From the human T2T-CHM13v2.0 reference genome, Homo sapiens: a DNA stretch of 64,000 nucleotides. The notes beneath the pieces were generated by a model. It ran no database searches. It was given only the letters and a program-made list of their open reading frames with translations, and was not told the origin of the DNA. Of the stretch, positions 54,130 to 64,000 are shown piece by piece. How positions within the stretch are numbered: the first letter of the stretch is position 1; each line of letters begins with the position of its first letter. Where the stretch lies: assembly GCF_009914755.1 (NCBI RefSeq), contig NC_060927.1. One strand, given 5' to 3'. Position numbers and translations under genes: made by a program.

Positions 54130-57100
54130 TTTTTATAAATGTTCCCCATCTCCCGTCAGTAAAATTGATTTTAGAAAAATACAAAAACGAGAAGCCCCCA
54201 TAGTGCCGTAGGTCTGGAAACCATTAGGAAGCTCTACAGCCTGGGAAACCAGAGGGTACAATAAGCAAAAGGGATTTCTCACTCTTAGGGCATGGTGAGA
54301 TCAGTGCAGAGAGGACCTTCAGATGAACTAGGCGTCTTTTAGAGCTAAGTCCCTGGAGGATTCCAGCCCCCGTAAAAATAAAAATAGCCTTGGGGTTAAG
54401 GGGAGTCTAGCCATAGCAAAGGAGATATGTATAAACCTCTTGAGATTGAAGTTTATATTTTATTTAACAGAAATTTCCGTTTATATGGGTGGAGTGAGCT
54501 GGGGAACCATTAACAGTACAAATGAGAAACAAAAACAAAACAAACAAACAAAAAATTACCCTAATGTTTTGTCCTGAAAGACCTAGCTGTAAACCAGAGC
54601 TGGTAGGAGTCAGGACCTGAACACTGGCAGATAGAAACCGAATCTGCCTTCTTAATTTCCAGCCCAGCCTCTCCTCCCAGTGTCATCCAAGAAGCTGACA
54701 GATCCTAGAAGGAGGTTAGACCTGGAAGAAACACAAGGATCCAGAAATCATTTGGATCCAGAACTTGTTTCTAGCACAGATGAAAGTCTGAGGCTGGCAG
54801 TGGCTGATTTGCTGGAGGACATACAACTGGTTCATGTTGCTGTAACTGTTGGGTACCCCAGCACCTACTGCCTGGAAGATACCTAGGGGAATTCAAAGAA
54901 GAGGAAAGTTACTCTCCTAAAAGGTCAAGAATCTCATACGTGTAGATTAGGGCAAGAATCCATGTTTCTTAATTTGTTATCTAAGTCGTTCTCTCTCATC
55001 AAGTTGCACTTAGTTGTGAAGTCAGTCTCTACCTTCTGCTGCTTTCTGGTCTTCCTCATTCTTGGTCTGTGACTTGGTTTCCCTAGTGTGGAGGTTATGC
55101 TTATAAAATGTACTGGAAAGTGCATGAATTTTGGATTCAAACAGACTTATAACTGCACCCCAGTTTGCCACTAGCTGTTTGAGCTTGGACAAGTTGTCTA
55201 ACCATACAGAATGTTAGCTTCCCATCTGAAAATAGGAGTAGTAATGCCTACATCTCAGAGTTTTAAGAATTAAATGAAATAATGATGGTTAATTCATCCC
55301 CATAAGCACCCATGAGGTATGCAAGAAAAAAAAAGAGAGGTGGCCTGGACACACTCAGAGTAGAAAAAAATTTACATTGTCCTCATTCTTAAGATGATCA
55401 GTGTTAGTGAAGCATACAGTTCAAGAAACAAGTTTGCTTCTCTCTCATTAATCTGCTCAGTTCACGACCTTCTCCCCTGGGGCTCACTCTCAGGCACATG
55501 CGGCCGTTCTCTGTATCCATTAGCACTTAAGAGCCTCCACCAGTGGTATCCCAAGGAGCAGGTGGCAAGAAAGCTGCTCATCCAGTAAATAAAACTTTGA
55601 TCAGGTGATTCCACTGATGTGTGCTTTATGCAGTTAAACTGAGGATTTAAATGATTTTAAATGAGTTGTTGTTGCCTAGGAATGTGCTGGGGATTGACTG
55701 AGATCTTTCTGTCCTCCATCAGCAGCCCCATGGAGTGAGTGATGTCTCCCCCTACAAATCTCCTAATAACAAAGCTTTCTCCACAGACAGTAGAAAGGAT
55801 GAACCACATAAGCCTTTATCAATTACACAAAGCACAGCAGCTTCATCAATGGGACAAAACCCTTCTGTACAGTTTCTATGTACAAGATGAATAGGGCCAG
55901 CTCTAAGACCAAGGTCACATGGGGATGTCTTGCAGGTTTGTTTTCTATGTTCACAGCATTTGAATCTTTTTCTCTACTCAGCACCACCCTTCCTCAGCCA
56001 CAACCACTCCCACCCCAAACACACACACCCAGAGGCACCCTGTGGGAGTCCCTCTTAAGCTCTCCCCACTGGCTCATTCGCTACTGATGACTTGTGGACC
56101 CAGACACTTTCATCACTCTCAACCAGTCTTTTATGTGTGAGTCAGATAGGCTCTTACCTTTCCTAAAGAAATTTCAGGCAACAGCTAGAGAAGAGTGAGT
56201 CCTCTCACTTCCCCTTTCGTTGACGAACCACGAGAGGTTGTCCCTTCTGACCCTAAAGGGACTCCTTATTTTTTTCTTTTTGTGGCAAGTCTTTTCTTCT
56301 AGATTACCTCCCCTCCCTCTTCCCACACACACACACACACAAAAGCCTATTTCTTTGAAGGGAAGAACTTCAGGGTTGGCCCTGATGAGGAAGCTGAAGG
56401 TCTAGTCCCAAAGCTGCCAGTATTGGACATTATTCTACAGGCAATGGGAAGCTATTGATTGTTTTGGTGTAGGGGAGCTTTATCATCAAGGTAGTGTTTT
56501 AGAAAGATTTATCTGGAAGTAGAGATCAAGATAGAATGCAATCTTCCCAGACAGTCAGTAAAAATGCCCCCAAGTTCCCTAATGTTTCTCTTCCACTGGA
56601 CTGGTCTAGTCAGCATTCCTGGAATTCACCACATTATTTCTTGCCTTTCACCTTGTTTATACTATTCTCTGTTTCCTGCCCCAAAAGAAAGTGTATGACA
56701 TTTACTAAGTACTTATTATATGCTAGGCACTTAGATGAGCGGTCTGCATGTATTGTAATGTATATTGCGTCACGTCAATTACATCATATGATAGCATCTC
56801 ACATCATATCAAATCATTCCTCTGCACCAGTGTCAGAGTTCTTATTGCAGCACCTTGACTGGTTGTTTATCCACTTAGCTCACAACACTGTGAGCCCCTG
56901 AGCATGAGGGTCCTGTCTCAGCACTCCCCAACGTGGTCCCTCTCAAGACAGCTGGCTCTCTAAAAACGCACACAATTTCCTGTTCTTGTTCAACATCTAA
57001 AAGCTCTGCCTGACTTCCCCACCAGCTGTAATCTTTTTAAAAGAACTTTTGTTACAATTTTTGTGCCTGTCTAGGGCCCTTAGCATATTTTGTTTGATAT

Positions 57101-57235
57101 GTTCATACTGGCCAAGTGACGTAATACCTCTGAGCTTCAGTTTCTTCATTTACAAAACAGAGATAAATACCTCCCTCATAAGGTGACTGTGAGGATTGCA
57201 CTGGGTACAAATAATGGATAAGAAGTGTATAGCTA

Positions 57236-57522
57236 GGCTGGGCACGGTGGCTCACGCCTGTAAGCCCAGCACTTTGGGAGGCCAAGGCGGGTGGATCACG
57301 AGATCAGGAGTTCAAGACCAGCCTGGCCAAGATGGTGAAACCCTGTCTCTACTAAAAATACATGGTGGTATGGGCCTGTAATCCCAGCTGCTCCAGAGGC
57401 TGAGGCAGAGAATTGCTTAAACCTGGAAGGACGGAGGTTGCAGTGAGCCAAGATTGCACCACTGCACTCCAGCCTGGGTGACAGAGCAAGACTCCATCTC
57501 AAAAAAAAAAAAAAAAAAAAAA
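57236..57522 (+). mobile_element. AluS with a short deletion at the central linker
   Basis: ACTAAAAATAC joins directly to ATGGTGG; flanks AAGTGT(A/G)TAGCT. Confidence 0.9.
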
Positions 57523-58173
57523 GTGTGTAGCTCAGGGACCACTGCATACTAGTTTCACAATAATTACCCATTCCCTTCTTGGCTTCTTGAAGGCAAAGAT
57601 CTTATTACCTTTTGTTCCTCTAGATGGGCCCTCAGTGCATCTGCTTTGGTAGAAGGAGAATCGCTGTCATTGGGAAAGAGACAGCATTGACAGCAGAGAC
57701 CTGAGGGCCCCGGCAGGGATAAGTCACAGAGTGGACCAGAGGAGGACCTGGACACCTCTGCAGGAAAGTGCTGGTTTGGCTTGGCATCTGAGAGCCTAAA
57801 AATGAGGAGGGCAGGGACCCCCACCCGGGGAACCGGGCTCCAGGCTGCCTTGCTCAGCAGGATAGCAGAGCTAGTCCTCAGCCATCCCAGGCCAGCAGGT
57901 TGGGCAAATATTTCTGCTTCACAAGGGGTAATAACCTCAACAGGGTCACTGGAAAGGACTTCAGCAAACATTTAGAACTTGGGTCACTGATTTCAGAAGC
58001 CCCTCCATCTTCCTAAATGAAACTTGTTTTGTAAAATCCCATTTCTTTCTTTTAAAAAAAATGCTTTTACTATATCCCCTTCACAGAAAATTTAGAAAAG
58101 CAAAATTAAAAATAGAGAAAAGCAAAAATCATTGATTTTCTACCACTTAGCAGTAACTACTATTAACATTTCA

Positions 58174-58186
58174 GTGTGTGTGTGTG

Positions 58187-58217
<31 letters not shown>

Positions 58218-58488
58218 GTTTTTATGTGTGTGTGTGAGGCAGAGTTTCGCCCTTGTTGCCCAGGCTAAAGTGCAGTGGTGCCATCTCAGCTCACTGCAAC
58301 CTCCGCCTGCCTCCTGGGTTCAAGTGATTCTCCTGCCTCAGCCTCCCGAGTAGCTGGTATTACAGGCACCCGCCACCATGCCGGGCTAATTTTTTTTTTT
58401 TTTTTTTTTGTATTTTTTAGCAGAGATGGAGTTTCACCATGTTGGTCAGGCTGGTCTTGAACTCCTGACCTCAGGTGATCCACCTGCC
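58174..58488 (-). mobile_element. AluS (5'-truncated) with adjacent (TG)n
   Basis: TG runs at 58174-58235 followed by a reverse Alu. Confidence 0.88.
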
Positions 58489-59181
58489 ATTGTGTGTCAT
58501 TTTTTATTATTTAATATACTGGGGAAGAGGTAGTTTTTAAAGAGACATTCTGTACTCTATATTTATATATAATTTTAATTTTTCAAACTTTTTTGCTATT
58601 TTTTTTTCAAAAGGAACTTAAAAATAGATATTAACCATGAGCTGTTGAACACTTAAAGATCAGACCTGTAGTGGTAGGATTTCAGGCATTTTGGCAGTCA
58701 ACGGCAAGGAGCCAATCCACTCTCCTCAAATCACACCTCCAAAGTTGCCACTATAGGACCTGCCTTCCTGTTGGGGAGTGTTTGAACCATGGTAGGTGTA
58801 GCTTGGGGCTTTTTCTATTCTTCATCACTTGTGGTATCACAGAAAAAGCATGGGCTTTGGCAGCACACACACCTGGGTTTGGATCCCAACTCTGGCACTT
58901 CCTAGCTCCAGGCCATTGGGCAATTTATCTATTCTCTCTGAGAATCAACTTTCCTATTTTCAAAATGGAGATCATTTTGTCTGTTTCATGGGTTGTCTAC
59001 AGTTATAGAATGGAGAATGCTATAAAACAAACAAACAAATAAAAACCCACCTAAAGCCATGCTTGACACTTAGTAACTATTTTCTTTGAGGAATCCAGAT
59101 AGCAAAGGAGCCCAGAAAATCCATCTGGAGAAAAATGACCAAGCTCCTGTTCAGGAAAACATTTTGAGTGCTTCTGTTTTC

Positions 59182-59642
59182 TTTTTTTTTTTTTTAATTT
59201 CTTTTTTTTTATTATACTTTAAGTTTTAGGGTACATGTGCACAACGTGCAGGTTTGTTACATAGGTATACATGTGCCATGTTGGTGTGCTGCACTCATTA
59301 ACTCGTCATTTGCATTAGGTATATCTCTAATGCTATCCCTCCCCTATCCCCCCATCTCACGACAGGCCCCGGTGTGTGATGTTCCCCACCCTGTGTCCAA
59401 GTGTTCTCATTGTTCAATTCCGACCTATGAATGAGAACATGTGGTGTTTGGTTTTCTGTCTTTGCGATAGTTTGCTCAGAATGATGGTTTCCAGCTTCAT
59501 CCATGTCCCTACAAAGGACATGAACTCATCCTTTTTTATGGCTGCATAGTATTCCATGGTGTATATGTGCCACATTTTCTTAATCCAGTCTATCACTGAT
59601 GGACATTTGGATTGGTTCCAAGTCTTTGCTATTGTGAATAGA
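59182..59642 (-). mobile_element. 5'-truncated L1PA 3' end
   Basis: TTATTATACTTTAAGTTTTAGGGTACATGTGCACAACGTGCAGG; ORF2 C-terminus (WIKKMWHIYTMEYYAAIKKDEFMSF); 16-bp TSD GAGT(G/A)CTTCTGTTTTC at 59166-59181 and 59643-59658. Confidence 0.95.
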
Positions 59643-59956
59643 GAGTACTTCTGTTTTCAAGGCTATTCTAGATGAATAAGACACGGGACTGTCCTCATTG
59701 TCCCCAAGGAGCTCACAACTTAGTAATGGAGATGAATCAGAAACAAGCAACACCTCACACTTGGTGCTAGACACAGAGTAGGCTTGCAGTAAATATCTGC
59801 AGGATTAAATTTATTCGACAATTTTCTTCAGAAAAGGTAATATATTCCTATAGTTCAAAATTCAAAAGTACAAAAGAATATACAGTGAGAAGTCTCTCTC
59901 TTACTCAAAGGGCTAGCCCCAGCTTCCAGTTTCTTTCCTGTAGACAACTAAAATTA

Positions 59957-60370
<414 letters not shown>

Positions 60371-61684
60371 AACCAGATGCTAGCATACCATTATTCTGGT
60401 CTGCCTAACAATATATCTGAGACCACTCTATGTCTGTACATAAAAGTTTTCTCATTCTTTTTAGTGACCACATAGTATTCCACTATGTGAATCTTCCATT
60501 ATTTATGTTAGCAACCTGCTGTTGATGACAATCTTGTGCAATTATGAAAACTGTTGTAATGAATAGCCTTGCACATACCTTACATGTCACATGTACAAGA
60601 ATATCTGTGGGATAAATTTCTAGAAGAAGAATGACTGGGTCAAAAGCTATGTGCACTTATAATTTTAACAGATATTGTCAAATTGCCCTCCAGAGGTTGT
60701 ATCAATCTCCCCTGCCAGTTGCAGTGCATGAGAGTACTTGTTTTCCCATAGCCTTGCCAACACTGTGTGTTAACAAACTTAGGTACCTTTGCCAATCTGA
60801 GAAGTGAAAAATGATATATCAGTGCAGTTTTAATTTGCAGTGGAATTGAATTTAGATAATTCTAGAAAGTGCCACAAAGGGAGGAGGCACAGGAGAGATA
60901 AGAACACGGAGGAAGGAGAACCTAGTTCTGCCTGAGGAAGGCTTTATAGAGAAGTTGAGGCTTGAGCTGAATCCCAAAAGATAAGCAGGAGGAGTTTCTC
61001 AGTGGAGAAGAGGCAATGGGCTCAGACGAGGGAGTATCGGGTGCAAAGCCAGGAAGGTGTGAAGGTGCAGAGCATATTCAGGAAGTGGCAGGCTGTCCAG
61101 CGTGGCTGGAACACCGCATTCCTGTGTGGGGCTGAGAGGGAGGGAAAGCTCAGCAATCGGTGATGAGACTGGCAGGGGGGAGTGTGGCCAGATTGTGGAA
61201 AACCTCCTAGGCCTCCCTCTAAATCAAATCTCAGTTTTTAAAAGATAAAATATATTCCCTGTCTGTAGGAACTAAAGAGAAAACAGAACTAAAGCCCATT
61301 CTACCCAAAACAAATTCGAAAGTGAAATAATAATAAAACAATCGCTTTGAATCCTGTAGGGAAAATGAGAAGTACAGTATAAACACTTCTCACTCTTTTT
61401 TTCCTCTTTTTCTCCTGGAAGGAGGTTATACTTGAGTTAAATGTATATAGTTTCTAACTAACCGTTCCCAAAGGGTGGTTTCAAAAATGTTCTGAGCCAG
61501 ATAATGGTCTAGTTTCTCAAAGGATAGTGCTGCTTTGGATTTATATGTTCTCATCTATAACAATAAGAAACAGTTGCATTACTTATAACATCACTCTTTA
61601 TGCATGTGCATAATGATGAACCATTATTCCAATAACCAATGATGAAGGATGTGGACAATATAAATCAGAAATAAGAAGCTTTTC

Positions 61685-63031
<1,347 letters not shown>

Positions 63032-64000
63032 TATATCTCAGGTTTAAAAAGAAAAAATAAAATGCTTAAAAGGAAACTTTTCTCCAAGGAGGACAAGCCA
63101 AAGCCTCAACATATTTTTAAATTTTTTTTCTTAGAAAATTAGAAAGTGGTTCATTTGTTTTTTTTTTTAAAGAACAGAACACATTATACTTTGTTAAATA
63201 AATACCACAACTTTTCAACATTTATTTAATTCCACATGAAGCCAGGAAGAAAAGAGTAGAAAGAAGTTAAAACAGGGAGGAGGAAGGAGACTCAGAGGGA
63301 AAATTGGGGTGGGCAGTGACCTCCAGGCAGGGAGAGCCTCGCAGAGGCCAGGGAGGAGCATGGGACAGAGGAGTGGAACAGGGATGGGGAAAGGATGGGA
63401 CAGGAACAAAGAACAGAGGCTGGCAGAGAGAGCTCTTGGATTCTGGGGGGGAAACGCCTAGGAAGTTCTGTACTCACAACCCAGAGAAATGAGGAAGTAA
63501 TGTAAATCTTTACTGCGTCTCTTGGGAAAATGCTGAAGAGGGGGCCCATTCACAGCACAGCAAAATTGTTTAAAAATCCCCCCTCTCTCCCGTGTGCATC
63601 GCAACAGATGCTTACAGGATTTCTTCCTGTGCAGTGTCTTGTCTCCCTCATTATCTTACCCTCTTCCCTCAAGTATCATTATTCTTTGCCCACCGGCAGC
63701 TCTTGGTCCTTTTTATTACCTCAAACAAGATGATGAACATATCCATCACGCCCAAATGTTTCCTCCGGCTCCTTTGTCATTCCTCCCTCCTGCCTCTTCC
63801 CTGCTTTCTCTTCCTACAAGTTAGTTTGCATTTTCTACAGTTTTACATAAATGGAATCCTACCCTATGTAGTCTTTCATAGTCTGGCTTCTATCACCCAG
63901 CCGAGTGTCTTTGAGCTGCACTCACAGGCTTTATCACTCCTTGTTGTTGCCGAGTATATTATATTGTGTGTACACACCACTAGACTTTACTTTGAAGGTC

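Noticed and set aside
59298-59596. ORFs with L1 ORF2 C-terminal sequence
   Set aside because: Part of a 5'-truncated, non-autonomous L1PA fragment.

Overview
This is primate (human-like) genomic DNA, intergenic or intronic, with no protein-coding gene I can support. The ORF track is dominated by Alu, L1 and LTR-derived frames and GC-rich chance ORFs. Supported content: a full-length RPS26 processed pseudogene (2358-2795, +); a retrotransposed U6 snRNA pseudogene (45539-45654, -); one CpG island (~26100-27170) with GC boxes and a tight STAT/AP-1-ARE/NF-kB motif cluster but no recognisable coding exon; about 22 Alus; a solo LTR12 nested in an old L1 that is itself nested in MER97; a solo THE1 LTR; MLT1 LTRs; an L1PA 3' fragment; MER1A/MER1B/MER2/MER3/MER53/MER81; and MIR/L2 relics. 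I did not find a convincing novel multi-gene system. The most notable observations are the apparently orphan CpG island with inflammatory/stress-response motifs and a possible minus-strand non-coding transcript, a ~200-bp locally templated insertion in an Alu tail, and the three-layer nested transposon carrying an LTR12 promoter. Repeat subfamily calls come from remembered consensus sequences and need RepeatMasker/Dfam confirmation. Boundaries of old repeats are approximate.
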